The notes: a model not told the origin generated them from the letters alone. DNA of 64,000 nucleotides from Gammaproteobacteria bacterium (GCA_047620145.1 JBLHKO010000003.1:5436-69435); one strand, 5' to 3'. Counted from the first letter of the stretch, positions 37,758 through 48,112 are shown. A program made the numbers and translations.

Positions 37758-39731
37758 TTAATTGGCACAGGCTGGAATTGGCGTTTGCGCACTGTTGCTT
37801 GAGTTATATGGATAGATGGCTGTCATCCGTTGTTTAAGCGGTGAGATTTGTTGGCCTAAGCGCCAGTCATAAATACTTGCATAGAACAGCACACGCTTTA
37901 CATAAGCTCTGGTTTCATCAAATGGAATTTGTTCAACCCAAATATCTGGTTCTTTACACCCTGTCTTAGGAGACCATTTAACAGACCTTCCTGGGCCTGC
38001 ATTGTATGCTGCGGTCGCCAATAGGTGGCTTCCCTTAAACTTATCCTGCATTTCTTTCATATAAGCAGTGCCAATGGCGATGTTCTTTTTGGCGGTCAAG
38101 AGATCATTGGTTTTGAAATTGTTCATGCCAATCATTTTGGCTGTTAATTTTCCTGTTGCCGGCATGACCTGCATCAACCCTAATGCTCCCGCTGGCGATT
38201 TAACTTTTTCAATAAATGCGCTTTCTGATCGCATTAAAGCAAAGATCCAACCGATATCCAGATTTCTTTTTATTGCATATTCTTCAATTGAATCACGATA
38301 AGGGGTCGGGAATCTTAACTCTAGATTGTCATAAGCATGTGCGGCACCCATGGTAAAAATGGCGCGATCATGCCAACCCCATTGCGAAGCGATGCTTGCT
38401 GCGACTTGCATCTGATAGTTTGTCATAGAACGTAGAGCATGTTGCCACTCACTTGTGGCTGTATAATTACCGTAGAGTATGAATAATTCATGTGCTCTGC
38501 GTATGCCTGGCAAACGAGAAACTTTATTTTTAGATTCAAGATCTTCTGGCAAGGGGTAATGATTCATTTTATATTCTGCACCGATGCGGTCTGCTGCAAG
38601 GAAGCCATAATAGTCACGCTGATCCGCTATAGACGCGTAAGATTCATTTGCCTTTTCTATATTTCCAATTTCTTCTAAGGCCCTGCCATGCCAATAGACC
38701 CAGCTGTATTTGATGGATTCTAGTTCTGGTGGCTCTTTATTTGTCCATTGGTAAAGTTTTTGCCAATCTTTATTTTTCAGTGCTGTCCGAAGTCGCCAAT
38801 GAAATATCTCTTCACTATCTAGAGCCTGGTTCAGGTTATCTAATAGCTCAGTCGCTTTAGGGTGCTTATTTTTTGCTGCAAGGACGGCGATAATCAGATT
38901 AACGTCATTTATTTCTGAAGGGGTGAAATTGTAATTATCTTTTAATGTTTGCCAATTACTTAAGGATCGATTGATATTTTGTTTAGCCAGTCGTTTGGTT
39001 CCATAAAGTAATATTTCTCGTGCAATCGCGGTATCTGGGTATTGCGGGTTTTTAGTTTCTACCGAGGGATTATGATGCATGGCAAGCCATCGTTTTACCC
39101 AGGCTTTGTAGTTTTGATTCAGACTTTTACTGAGATAATTCACCAAGCCGGTGTTGCTAATCTCCATCGCGTTCTGGATGCGTTCCCATACCAGCTCATT
39201 CGTCATTAGCTCGCTCTTATGAAGTCGTTCAAAGGCGATATCACATTCAGACGGTAACGATTGCCCGGTTAACCAAAGTGTTCGCGTGTCTTCAAGTAGG
39301 TACGTTTGATTATTGGTTTTGATGCGAGCCTGTAATTGCTGGCAACGTAGTTTGATGTCTTTCTGGGGGGTGTAGTTGTCTAAAAATATTTGCCACTTCC
39401 CTTGTTTGGCAAGTTGCTTCAGCCAACTCGTTTTTAATGAATCCGTAGAAATGAAATCAGGGTATGAGTCAATGAAATTTTTAATATCTGTATCGTTAAT
39501 TTTATGTAGTCGTGGTCGTATGTAGTTATATCTTAGGTAAGGATAGAGTGGATATTCTCTAAGTTTCTCAGAGAGTGCTGTAAATGTTTGAATTTCCCCA
39601 GCCTTGAGTGCTTTTTGGGCCTCCAGATATTGTTGGCGTTGTTCCTTAATCGTTGCTGCGCTTATCTGTTGACTGAACGTTAGTTGTAAAAAGATTACGA
39701 TGAATAATAGTAAAAACCGGTGCATGATCAT
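37758..39731 (-). CDS. slt: soluble lytic murein transglycosylase (Slt70-like)
   Basis: Superhelical N-terminal region plus a C-terminal SLT domain (ALMRSESAF, GLMQVMP, AYNAGPGR). I chose the start at MIMHRFLLLF.., which gives a signal peptide with an ISA-AT cleavage context. Confidence 0.85.
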   Translation of the reverse strand: MIMHRFLLLFIVIFLQLTFSQQISAATIKEQRQQYLEAQKALKAGEIQTFTALSEKLREYPLYPYLRYNYIRPRLHKINDTDIKNFIDSYPDFISTDSLKTSWLKQLAKQGKWQIFLDNYTPQKDIKLRCQQLQARIKTNNQTYLLEDTRTLWLTGQSLPSECDIAFERLHKSELMTNELVWERIQNAMEISNTGLVNYLSKSLNQNYKAWVKRWLAMHHNPSVETKNPQYPDTAIAREILLYGTKRLAKQNINRSLSNWQTLKDNYNFTPSEINDVNLIIAVLAAKNKHPKATELLDNLNQALDSEEIFHWRLRTALKNKDWQKLYQWTNKEPPELESIKYSWVYWHGRALEEIGNIEKANESYASIADQRDYYGFLAADRIGAEYKMNHYPLPEDLESKNKVSRLPGIRRAHELFILYGNYTATSEWQHALRSMTNYQMQVAASIASQWGWHDRAIFTMGAAHAYDNLELRFPTPYRDSIEEYAIKRNLDIGWIFALMRSESAFIEKVKSPAGALGLMQVMPATGKLTAKMIGMNNFKTNDLLTAKKNIAIGTAYMKEMQDKFKGSHLLATAAYNAGPGRSVKWSPKTGCKEPDIWVEQIPFDETRAYVKRVLFYASIYDWRLGQQISPLKQRMTAIYPYNSSNSAQTPIPACAN

Positions 39732-39969
39732 ATTGGGAATAGACGTCATTGTTTTTGTCAAAATGTTATTTTGATGGGGAACCTTCATAAAGGTAGGCAA
39801 AGTATCAATAATATTTTATTTATATCGAGTGTTTTATATAAGACATCGTTTGCAATGTTAAGTCTATGCTACTTTAGTCCGAACTGTCTTATGCTCGGCA
39901 GATCAGCTATGACATAATAGACCGTATGACCAAGCAATCAAACTACGCTCAAACATACTACGCTGAATA

Positions 39970-40767
39970 ATGTCGACTGATTTATTAATTTATTCGGCTT
40001 ATCTAATATTAGGCGCGATCGCTGGGCTGGCTGGCGGCTTGTTTGGCCTAGGTGGGGGAATAATAATTGTTCCAACGCTACTATTCTTGTTTATGTGGCA
40101 GGGTTTGCCTGCAGATATTCTCATGCATTTAGCCGTTGCAACATCCTTATTTACCATAATTTTTACTTCAGTATCTTCAAGCTATACGCACCACATTCAT
40201 CAGGCAGTTTTATGGCGACAAGTGTTTCTTTTAACGCCGGGAATTATGATCGGTGCAGTCGCTGGTGCATTAATTGCCGATCACTTGGCCAGCGATATTT
40301 TACGCAGAGTATTTGGGCTGTTTGAAATATGCGTCGCCTGTCAGCTAGGGTTCTCAGTAAAACCGACAGCGCATAGATCATTGCCCGAACGAAATGGAAT
40401 GTTGTTTTCCGGAGGTATCATCGGAATATTATCAACCATATTGGGTATTGCCGGTGGTTCTATTACGGTACCTTTTTTAATGTGGTGTAACGTGGGGATT
40501 CGTAAGGCCGTTGCAACATCGGCGGCTTGTGGTTTCCCAATTGCAGTTGCTGGCACGCTGGCAATGATATTCACCGGGTTGGACGCCAGTCAACTTCCTG
40601 AGAATACTATCGGATACGTCCATTGGCCAGCTGCGATATTGATCATTATTCCAAGTGTGTTGTTCGCCCCTATGGGTGCGAAGCTCGCGCACACAATACC
40701 GGTTGATTCATTAAAACGACTCTTTGCTATCGTGCTTGCTGGTGTTGGATTAAGGATGTTGTTCTAG
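39970..40767 (+). CDS. TauE/SafE (DUF81) family anion exporter
   Basis: 265 aa with 7-8 TM helices and two GGGIIIVP / AGGSITVP half-repeats. Confidence 0.85.
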   Translation: MSTDLLIYSAYLILGAIAGLAGGLFGLGGGIIIVPTLLFLFMWQGLPADILMHLAVATSLFTIIFTSVSSSYTHHIHQAVLWRQVFLLTPGIMIGAVAGALIADHLASDILRRVFGLFEICVACQLGFSVKPTAHRSLPERNGMLFSGGIIGILSTILGIAGGSITVPFLMWCNVGIRKAVATSAACGFPIAVAGTLAMIFTGLDASQLPENTIGYVHWPAAILIIIPSVLFAPMGAKLAHTIPVDSLKRLFAIVLAGVGLRMLF

Positions 40768-40826
40768 ACTCAAGGTATTGAACACGTGCAATCGCAATTA
40801 AGAGATTTCTTTATTCGAGGTGGCCT

Positions 40827-41324
40827 ATGTTAATGAAGATTATTATTGCTGTTCTTTGCCTGGTAAGTATCCCAGTCGTTTTAGTTATTAGCGCTTTCTT
40901 ACAAAACGACCTCCCATGGACCAATCCACCAGGTTTCAAGACAAGGTTACAGCATTATTTAACAACGAACGTGGCTGAAACCACCGATCAATCATCTTAT
41001 CCTGAATTGCTGATTCAGGAATATCGGCATCCTATAGATTCGTTTTTTTTAGACGTTGAAGAATCAGTGAACAGACTGGGTTGGGAAGTTGATAGCCAAG
41101 GTGATCACGTGCATTCTGAACAGGCATATTCACTTCATGCTGTCGTTACCACACCAGTAAGGAAATATAAAGATGATGTCTTAATCAAGCTCATCCCCGT
41201 GTCAGAAGATCGCTTTCATTTATACATACGTTCGAGTTCAAGAGAAGGACATGGCGATCTTGGAACAAATACCCGTCATATCCTGGATTTATATGATCAG
41301 ATTGATGTAGAAATGGACAGATAA
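40827..41324 (+). CDS. DUF1499 domain protein
   Basis: N-terminal TM anchor. The C-terminal SREGHGDLGTNTRHILDLYDQI resembles the DUF1499 signature. Confidence 0.65.
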   Translation: MLMKIIIAVLCLVSIPVVLVISAFLQNDLPWTNPPGFKTRLQHYLTTNVAETTDQSSYPELLIQEYRHPIDSFFLDVEESVNRLGWEVDSQGDHVHSEQAYSLHAVVTTPVRKYKDDVLIKLIPVSEDRFHLYIRSSSREGHGDLGTNTRHILDLYDQIDVEMDR

Positions 41325-41326
41325 TC

Positions 41327-41731
41327 ATGCAGGAGATTATCAGTATCAAAACACAAGGACGGAGTATGATTGACATCACTCATGAAGTTGAAAAACTAGT
41401 TGCACATTCTGGTCTTGATGTTGGGCTGTGTAATCTATTTATACAACATACAAGTGCTTCGCTGATCCTTTGTGAGAATGCTGATCCTGATGTGCGCACA
41501 GATCTTGAGAATTTCATGCAACAAATAGTCAAGGATGGTGATGCTTTATTCAGACATACGGCAGAAGGTGCCGATGATATGCCAGCGCACATACGCAGTG
41601 TACTGACGAGTTCAAGTTTAACCATCCCAATTGCAGACTGAAAATGTTTACTTGGGATATGGCAAGGCATTTATCTTTGGGAACATCGTTATAATGGTCA
41701 CATGAGAAATATTATTGTTACGATCCAGTAA
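41327..41731 (+). pseudogene. yjbQ: YjbQ/UPF0047 family (secondary thiamine-phosphate synthase) gene with in-frame TGA
   Basis: The 104-aa ORF (QHTSASLILCENADPDVRTDLE, GADDMPAHIRS) stops at the TGA at 41639-41641. The same frame continues KCLLGIWQGIYLWEHRYNGHMRNIIVTIQ to the TAA at 41729-41731, completing the family's C-terminus. The TGA aligns with the Gly of E. coli ..[14 protein letters not shown].. Confidence 0.75.
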
Positions 41732-41750
41732 GCCTAAAAAAGGAGAAGAA

Positions 41751-42038
41751 ATGATGACAAAGGCAATATGGAATGGTGTTGTACTTGCTGAAAGTAATCA
41801 ATGTGAGGTGGTGGAACGGAATTATTATTTCCCACCGGATTCGATAAATGAGGAATATTTTGTCGAGAGTTCAGCGCATTCTGTCTGTTTCTGGAAAGGT
41901 CGTGCCAGCTATTATGATATCAAGGTTAATGATGACTTGAATCAGGAGGCAGCCTGGTACTACCCTAGGCCAAAGGCTAAAGCAGAACACTTCAAAGATT
42001 ATGTCGCATTCTGGAAAGGGGTTGAAATCATAAAATGA
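41751..42038 (+). CDS. DUF427 domain protein
   Basis: NYYFPPDSI, CFWKGRASYYDI, AAWYYPRPKAKAEHFKDYVAFW. I moved the start to the ATG behind AAAGGAG. Confidence 0.8.
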   Translation: MMTKAIWNGVVLAESNQCEVVERNYYFPPDSINEEYFVESSAHSVCFWKGRASYYDIKVNDDLNQEAAWYYPRPKAKAEHFKDYVAFWKGVEIIK

Positions 42039-42135
42039 TTGACTATATTTATGAAAATGAGTCTTTCGTCACATTTTATATATGTGATCTGGCTTATAAA
42101 TTCATAAAAACTCATAAATTAACTGGTGAAAATTG

Positions 42136-42300
42136 ATGACTGAAGAAGAACGTCGAAATGATAGTGGTCGAAGAGGACAAAGAGATCGTAGAGAAAATGG
42201 TTTGGGCATGATTTCGAACTTTGCTAATCACAGTGGTATAGAGAGAAGAATTCACTCAGATAGAAGAGCTAATTCAGACAGGCGTGATAGTGAATCTTGA
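42136..42300 (+). CDS. possible 54-aa arginine-rich small protein
   Basis: My own translation gives MTEEERRNDSGRRGQRDRRENGLGMISNFANHSGIERRIHSDRRANSDRRDSES. It has repeated (D/E)RR motifs and only a weak SD (GGTGA). It is too short to appear in the ORF track. Confidence 0.3.
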   Translation: MTEEERRNDSGRRGQRDRRENGLGMISNFANHSGIERRIHSDRRANSDRRDSES

Positions 42301-42335
42301 ATTTTTTGCTTCTGAATTATTCAACAGCTAATCAA

Positions 42336-43349
42336 TTAGATGTATTTTTGAATAATATTAGCCAAGGTGCTGATGTGAGCGGGGCGGTCATTTAGCGCAG
42401 GGATGTAAGAGAAATTTTCACCACCCGCCTCAATAAAAAATTTCCGGTTTTGCATATCGATTTCTTCAAGCGTCTCAAGACAATCCGCCGAAAAACCAGG
42501 ACAGACAACATCTACACTTTTGGTTCCCGCCTGAGCTAATTCTTTTAAAGTAATATCAGTATAGGGCTTAAGCCATTCCTTGGGTCCGAAGCGTGATTGG
42601 AAAGTCAGCATCCATTCTTCTTCATTCAGGTTTAATTTTTCGGCGACCAATCTGGCGGTTTTGTGACACTCACAATAATATGGATCACCTGCTTCGAAAT
42701 AAGCTTTCGGGATGCCATGAAATGAGAACAATAGTTTTTCAGCACGGCTGGTGTTCTGCCAGTGTTCAGTAATACTTTCCGATAGTGCGTCAATGTAATC
42801 AGGAGCGTCATGGTAATGTGTTACCAGATGTAGCTCAGGGATGTCGCGCCAGGTTTTCAGAACGTCAGAGACAGCATCGAATGTTGATGCTGTTGTAGAG
42901 GCAGAATATTGTGGATAAAGCGGCAAGATGATAAGTTTTCTGGCGTTGGCTTGTCGCAGCTGTTCCAACCCCGAGCGGATTGACGGATTACCATAACGCA
43001 TGGCTAGCTCAACATGAATTTTTTCTGTTGCATGTTCATCGAGATATGTTTGAATTGCAGCGGCCTGCTTTTTTGCAATGCTCAATAAAGGTGAACCCTC
43101 ATCAGTCCATACTTTACGATAAGCGGCGGCCGAGCGTTTTGGTCGCGTACGTAAGATAACGCCATGTAAAACAAACCACCAAATGAATTTAGGGACTTCA
43201 ACAACCCGTGAATCTGCCAGAAATTCCCCGAGATAGCGTCTTAACGCCGAAGGTGTTGGTGCATCAGGTGTTCCCAGATTAGTGACGAGGACACCGGTAC
43301 AAGTTTCAGCATCGTGTTTAAAGTCTATATTACCGATATAATTTGCCAT
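42336..43349 (-). CDS. hemH: ferrochelatase
   Basis: 337 aa. GVLVTNLGTPDAPT, YLGEFLADSRVV, PLYPQYS. Confidence 0.95.
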   Translation of the reverse strand: MANYIGNIDFKHDAETCTGVLVTNLGTPDAPTPSALRRYLGEFLADSRVVEVPKFIWWFVLHGVILRTRPKRSAAAYRKVWTDEGSPLLSIAKKQAAAIQTYLDEHATEKIHVELAMRYGNPSIRSGLEQLRQANARKLIILPLYPQYSASTTASTFDAVSDVLKTWRDIPELHLVTHYHDAPDYIDALSESITEHWQNTSRAEKLLFSFHGIPKAYFEAGDPYYCECHKTARLVAEKLNLNEEEWMLTFQSRFGPKEWLKPYTDITLKELAQAGTKSVDVVCPGFSADCLETLEEIDMQNRKFFIEAGGENFSYIPALNDRPAHISTLANIIQKYI

Positions 43350-43418
43350 AGATATCCAAACTACTTTGAAATAGAGGTTTCAGCAAGATGAAAAGTAACT
43401 TTCATATAGGAGTATTAA

Positions 43419-43799
43419 GTGTTTGTAAAAAAAACATCAGACTGTGAAGCATTTGTTGCGAATGATGGATGTAATATACGCGAATTATTGCATCCCAAGA
43501 ACGATGTTGTTGATTTGCCTTATTCCTTAGCGCTGGCGACGGTGGAGATAGGTAAGCAAAGCTATCAACACAAACTGGAACAGACCGAGGTTTATCATAT
43601 ATTGCAGGGTCACGGCCAAATGATTGTTGATAGCGAGGTGTGTGAGGTCGTAGCAGGGGATGTGATTGTCATTCCTGAACAGGCGCTGCAATGGATTGAA
43701 AATATTGGTAATGAACCTTTGGTATTCGTGGCAATTGTGAGTCCACCCTGGACTGAAGACGGTGATGTCAGGATAGAGCAGACAAATGATTCAGCGTAG
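43419..43799 (+). CDS. cupin domain protein
   Basis: 126 aa. Cupin motifs H.L...EVYHILQGHG and GDVIVIP. GTG start behind AGGAG. Confidence 0.7.
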   Translation: MFVKKTSDCEAFVANDGCNIRELLHPKNDVVDLPYSLALATVEIGKQSYQHKLEQTEVYHILQGHGQMIVDSEVCEVVAGDVIVIPEQALQWIENIGNEPLVFVAIVSPPWTEDGDVRIEQTNDSA

Positions 43800-43829
43800 T
43801 TTATGTGTTGGGTTAGATATGAAGACAGA

Positions 43830-44402
43830 ATGAAATTTTGTAATCAGTGTGGAGCCGAAGTCGCTGGGAAAATTCCTTCCGGGGATAATCGCCTACGTTA
43901 CGTCTGTATCTCTTGTGAAGAAATTCATTACCAGAACCCTAAAATAGTCGCCGGATGTCTTCCTGAATATGAAGGCAAGGTACTTTTATGCAAACGTGCT
44001 ATCACCCCACGCTATGGATACTGGACGTTGCCTGCTGGATTTATGGAGATGGAAGAAACTACGCTTGAAGCTGCCTTAAGAGAAACGCTGGAAGAAGCTA
44101 ATGCGAGAGTGGCTGTATCGGAATTATATACGGTTTTTAATCTTCCTCATGTTAATCAGGTGTATATGATGTATCGATCACAGTTACTGGATCTGGATTT
44201 TTCTGCAGGGGAGGAAAGTCTGGAGGTAAGATTATTTGCTGAGGATGAAATCCCTTGGGACGATATCGCATTTACCACTATAAAATATACGCTGGAATTC
44301 TTTTTTCAGGATCAACGCAACAAGCAATTTCGATTACATACGGGCGACATCATCAAGAAGGACAGCGGTGATCACGGTTTCCGGTCAGGGCCAGAATCAT
44401 GA
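43830..44402 (+). CDS. NUDIX hydrolase with N-terminal zinc ribbon
   Basis: CNQCG..(17)..CISC zinc ribbon, then the Nudix box GFMEMEETTLEAALRETLEEA. I moved the start to MKFCNQCG. Confidence 0.85.
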   Translation: MKFCNQCGAEVAGKIPSGDNRLRYVCISCEEIHYQNPKIVAGCLPEYEGKVLLCKRAITPRYGYWTLPAGFMEMEETTLEAALRETLEEANARVAVSELYTVFNLPHVNQVYMMYRSQLLDLDFSAGEESLEVRLFAEDEIPWDDIAFTTIKYTLEFFFQDQRNKQFRLHTGDIIKKDSGDHGFRSGPES

Positions 44403-44444
44403 TTTACACAGTCACTACAATTGTATACTGATTAATCCAAGAGT

Positions 44445-44669
44445 TTAGTCATCGACTTCAAGCCATCGGGTATAGCTACATTCATAGGATTTTCCATCGA
44501 CGCTAACCTGATCTCCATGTGCAAACTCGGCATCATTCCAGTAACATTTCTCACTCTGTAAATCCATTCTGACTGTGGCTTCTTCACTCATAGGGCCAAG
44601 GATTTCTGATGTTTTTTTATCCGGATCAACGGCTTCTACGGCGGTAGGGTTGCTGTTAGACATAATCAT
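44445..44669 (-). CDS. hypothetical small protein with conserved Cys pair
   Basis: 74 aa, with a strong SD (AAGGAGGG). The C-terminal CYWNDAEFAHGDQVSVDGKSYECSYTRW resembles small DUF1496-like proteins. I am not certain of the family. Confidence 0.4.
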   Translation of the reverse strand: MIMSNSNPTAVEAVDPDKKTSEILGPMSEEATVRMDLQSEKCYWNDAEFAHGDQVSVDGKSYECSYTRWLEVDD

Positions 44670-44779
44670 GCCCTCCTTATGGGTACAACTCTAAGCATAA
44701 ATCTTCAGCTTGATTTTCGCCAGTGATGATTCGATCACACGACATTAGGGCAGGGTTTTGTACCGATTAATGCTTAATC

Positions 44780-46039
44780 CTATCGTTTCATTGCATCAAA
44801 AAACTCAGCATTATTTTTGGTGGCCTTAAGTCGTTCCATCAAAAATTCCATTGCCGCTAAATCATCCATCGGATGTAATAATTTACGCAGGATCCATATT
44901 TTATGAAGATCATCTTCAGCGGTTAATAATTCTTCGCGACGTGTCCCGGAGCGATTTATATTGATTGCTGGATAAATGCGTTTTTCTGCAATATTTCTAT
45001 CCAGATGCAGCTCCATGTTGCCAGTGCCTTTGAATTCTTCGTAGATGACATCATCCATTCGTGAACCGGTATCAATAAGCGCAGTAGCAATGATGGTCAA
45101 ACTACCACCTTCTTCAATATTACGTGCAGCACCAAAGAATCGTTTTGGGCGTTGCAGGGCATTCGCATCAACACCACCGGTGAGCACCTTGCCTGAGGCA
45201 GGTACTACGGTGTTATAAGCACGAGCTAGACGGGTAATTGAGTCAAGCAGGATGACAACATCCTTTTTGTGTTCAACCAGGCGTTTTGCGCGTGCAATGA
45301 CCATTTCAGCCACCTGAACATGACGGCTTGCGGGTTCATCAAAGGTACTTGAAATAACTTCCGCAGTGGTTGCAGTTCTCTCCATCTCAGTGACTTCTTC
45401 AGGACGTTCGTCGATTAGAAGAATAATCAGATGACAGTCAGGATTGTTATGCGCAATAGACTTGGCGATGCTTTGTAGCATCATTGTTTTACCCGCCTTA
45501 GGAGGTGAAACGATCAAGCCACGCTGGCCTTTACCAATGGGAGACATCAGGTCAATAATTCTTGTTGTGATGTCTTCTGTACTGCCGTTCCCCATCTCTA
45601 GCGTCAATCTATCATTAGCAAATAACGGCGTTAGATTTTCGAAAAGTATTTTGCCTTTGGCTTTTTCTGGTGGTTCAAAATTTATCTCGTTAACCTTCAA
45701 CAGAGCAAAGTAACGTTCGCTATCCTTGGGCGGTCTAATCTTTCCCGCAATATTATCGCCAGTGCGTAGATTAAATCGTCTTATCTGGCTGGGTGAAACG
45801 TAGATATCATCTGGCCCTGCAAGATAGGAGCTGCCGGCTGATCGAAGAAATCCAAAACCATCCTGTAGAATTTCCAACACACCATCGCCATAAATGTCTT
45901 CACCTTTTTTGGCGTGTGCTTTGAGAATCTCAAAGATGACATCCTGTTTACGTGATCTGGCCAGGCCATCTAGGCCGAGTTCTTCTGAGAGTGTGACGAG
46001 TTCTGATGCGGGTTGTTGCTTAAGTTCGGTAAGGTTCAT
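44780..46039 (-). CDS. rho: transcription termination factor Rho
   Basis: 419 aa. MNLTELK N-terminus, GFGFLRS RNA-binding motif, Walker A PPKAGKT, and the ending EFFDAMKR. Near-colinear with E. coli Rho. Confidence 0.97.
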   Translation of the reverse strand: MNLTELKQQPASELVTLSEELGLDGLARSRKQDVIFEILKAHAKKGEDIYGDGVLEILQDGFGFLRSAGSSYLAGPDDIYVSPSQIRRFNLRTGDNIAGKIRPPKDSERYFALLKVNEINFEPPEKAKGKILFENLTPLFANDRLTLEMGNGSTEDITTRIIDLMSPIGKGQRGLIVSPPKAGKTMMLQSIAKSIAHNNPDCHLIILLIDERPEEVTEMERTATTAEVISSTFDEPASRHVQVAEMVIARAKRLVEHKKDVVILLDSITRLARAYNTVVPASGKVLTGGVDANALQRPKRFFGAARNIEEGGSLTIIATALIDTGSRMDDVIYEEFKGTGNMELHLDRNIAEKRIYPAININRSGTRREELLTAEDDLHKIWILRKLLHPMDDLAAMEFLMERLKATKNNAEFFDAMKR

Positions 46040-46229
46040 AGGTGTGATCTGGTTTCATATTTGATGTGGAATTGTGAAAACGTGCTTAAAACACGTTTAT
46101 GGATCTGCTTTGTTAAAAAACTTTATTTATGTTGTTTTTGGAGAGCGGCTACTAAAATCTTGGAAAGGTTTCGTTAGCTATAGACGAAAGCTAGCATGCT
46201 GCTAGCCCTTCGTCCAGTAAAAAATCAAA

Positions 46230-46556
46230 TCAAATCGTACTATCGATAAAAGCCGCCAGTTGTGATTTGGAAACTTGACCCACTTTAGTACCAATAACGT
46301 CGCCATCTTTAAAAATCATTAAGGTCGGAATTCCTCTAACGACATATTTCTGTGGTGTTTGTTGATTACTATCAACGTCCATTTTTGCGACAATTAATTT
46401 ACCCTGGTATTCGGCAGCTATTTCTTCCAGAACCGGTGCAATGGCTTTACAAGGGCCACACCATTCTGCCCAGTAATCAACCATTACCGGCATATCTGAT
46501 TTTAATACTTCTTCTTCGAAGCTAGAATCTGTAACATGTATGATGTTTTCGCTCAT
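46230..46556 (-). CDS. trxA: thioredoxin 1
   Basis: 108 aa with the WAEWCGPCK active site. Upstream of rho, as in E. coli. Confidence 0.95.
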   Translation of the reverse strand: MSENIIHVTDSSFEEEVLKSDMPVMVDYWAEWCGPCKAIAPVLEEIAAEYQGKLIVAKMDVDSNQQTPQKYVVRGIPTLMIFKDGDVIGTKVGQVSKSQLAAFIDSTI

Positions 46557-46658
46557 TAATCTAGATTGTCCTTAAATTGCTTTTGCGGAAAGAATCTTAA
46601 TTTCAACGAAATTAAGACACGATTGCAAGTCAAACCGGTAAATTAATTTGAATTTCTT

Positions 46659-47945
46659 ATGAATGCACTACATACGACGGATGTCGAATTCAGTCAGTTA
46701 GGGCTGAATGATAGTTTACTTCAGTCACTCAATGACAACGGATTAACACATTGTACTCCGGTACAAGCCGAGTGTTTACCGATTAGTCTTGCGGGTAAAG
46801 ATGTTGCTGGTCAGGCACAAACGGGAACGGGGAAAACGGCCGCTTTTTTATTGACCATCATGCAACATTTGCTAACAACACCCGAACGTCCCGGGCGCAA
46901 ACAACAACAACCAAGAGCCATTATAATTTCTCCAACCAGAGAACTTGCCATTCAAATTCACAAAGATGCTGTGATGCTCAATAGTCATACAGGACTTGCC
47001 TTAGGACTTGTGTATGGCGGCGTAGACTATGAAAAACAGCGAAATAGCCTGGGCGAGAAAATAGATATTTTGATTGGCACACCAGGCCGTCTGATCGATT
47101 ATCACAAACAGCATGTCTACAGTCTCAAGGGTATTGAAATCGTTGTGCTGGATGAAGCAGATCGCATGTTTGATCTGGGTTTTATTTCTGATATTCGGTA
47201 CATGTTCAGGAGTATGCCAACGCCTGAAAATCGGTTGAATATGTTGTTTTCAGCGACCTTATCACATCGTGTCACTGAACTGGCCTACGAACATATGAAC
47301 AGTCCTGAGAAGGTGATTATCAACCCTGATCAAGTGACTGCTGAGAATGTGAAACAGACCCTGTACCATGTTGCCAATGATGAAAAAATCCCCTTACTAT
47401 TGGGATTGATGAAAAGAATTGATCCAAAACGCTCTATTGTTTTCGTGAATACTAAAAGAGCCGCAGAAAAGGTTTGGTCCTATCTCGAAAGCAATGGCTA
47501 TCATTCTGCTGTCTTATCCGGAGATGTGCCGCAGAATAAACGAACGCGATTATTCAAAGAGTTTACCGATGGCCAGCTTCCCGTGTTAGTCGCTACTGAT
47601 CTGGCAGCAAGGGGTTTGCACGTTCCTGAAGTGAGTCATGTATTCAATTATGATTTGCCGCAGAATGCCGAGGATTATGTGCATCGGATTGGTCGAACAG
47701 CTCGCGCTGGCGCCAGTGGTGATGCCGTTAGTTTTGCCTGCGAAGAATATGTTTATTCGTTGATGGAAATTGAAGAGTATATAGGTCATAAATTACCCGC
47801 CAGTGAGATAGTCGCTGATTTGTTAGTAGAACCACTGCCGCCGGTAAGAGTAGAGCGCAAAAAGCATGCTGGAGGCGCAGGAAAAGGGCGCAACAACAGT
47901 GGCGGTCGTAACAGGTCAAACAGGAACTCATCAAATAGACGTTAA
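46659..47945 (+). CDS. rhlB: ATP-dependent RNA helicase RhlB (DEAD box)
   Basis: Q motif, AQTGTGKT, VLDEADRM, SAT, HRIGRTARAG, and a basic G/R/N-rich tail. Divergent from trxA-rho, as in E. coli. Confidence 0.88.
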   Translation: MNALHTTDVEFSQLGLNDSLLQSLNDNGLTHCTPVQAECLPISLAGKDVAGQAQTGTGKTAAFLLTIMQHLLTTPERPGRKQQQPRAIIISPTRELAIQIHKDAVMLNSHTGLALGLVYGGVDYEKQRNSLGEKIDILIGTPGRLIDYHKQHVYSLKGIEIVVLDEADRMFDLGFISDIRYMFRSMPTPENRLNMLFSATLSHRVTELAYEHMNSPEKVIINPDQVTAENVKQTLYHVANDEKIPLLLGLMKRIDPKRSIVFVNTKRAAEKVWSYLESNGYHSAVLSGDVPQNKRTRLFKEFTDGQLPVLVATDLAARGLHVPEVSHVFNYDLPQNAEDYVHRIGRTARAGASGDAVSFACEEYVYSLMEIEEYIGHKLPASEIVADLLVEPLPPVRVERKKHAGGAGKGRNNSGGRNRSNRNSSNRR

Positions 47946-48112
47946 GTAAAAGAATATTAAGTTTTGGGGATATATAATCGAGAAATGCAGTAAGTATTTA
48001 ACAATGGGATTTTGTGAAAGGCGTTTATTTGTTATTCTCAACCACCTTAATCAACAAGATTTTGTATTAATCTCTGGAGACAACCATGCTTGGCCAGATT
48101 TGTGGAAATAAA

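Noticed and set aside
41639-41641. The in-frame TGA in yjbQ read as selenocysteine, or as a UGA=Gly / UGA=Trp genetic code.
   Set aside because: The TGA aligns to a conserved Gly, not Cys. I see no SECIS-like hairpin immediately downstream. TGA clearly terminates many well-supported genes in this window (hemE, uppP, the NUDIX gene and the IS transposase), so the standard code applies.
42069-42087. The inverted repeat TCACAT-TTTATAT-ATGTGA, considered as a CRP site.
   Set aside because: The half-sites are in the wrong relative order and spacing: TCACA-N9-TGTGA instead of TGTGA-N6-TCACA. I keep it only as a possible operator for the nearby small ORF.
46183-46214. The imperfect 12-bp-stem hairpin GACGAAAGCTAGC-ATGCT-GCTAGCCCTTCGTC between trxA and rho, considered as the trxA terminator or rho attenuator.
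   Set aside because: No U-run follows it on the transcribed (minus) strand. The rho leader is expected to be regulated by Rho itself, so I cannot assign a function from sequence.
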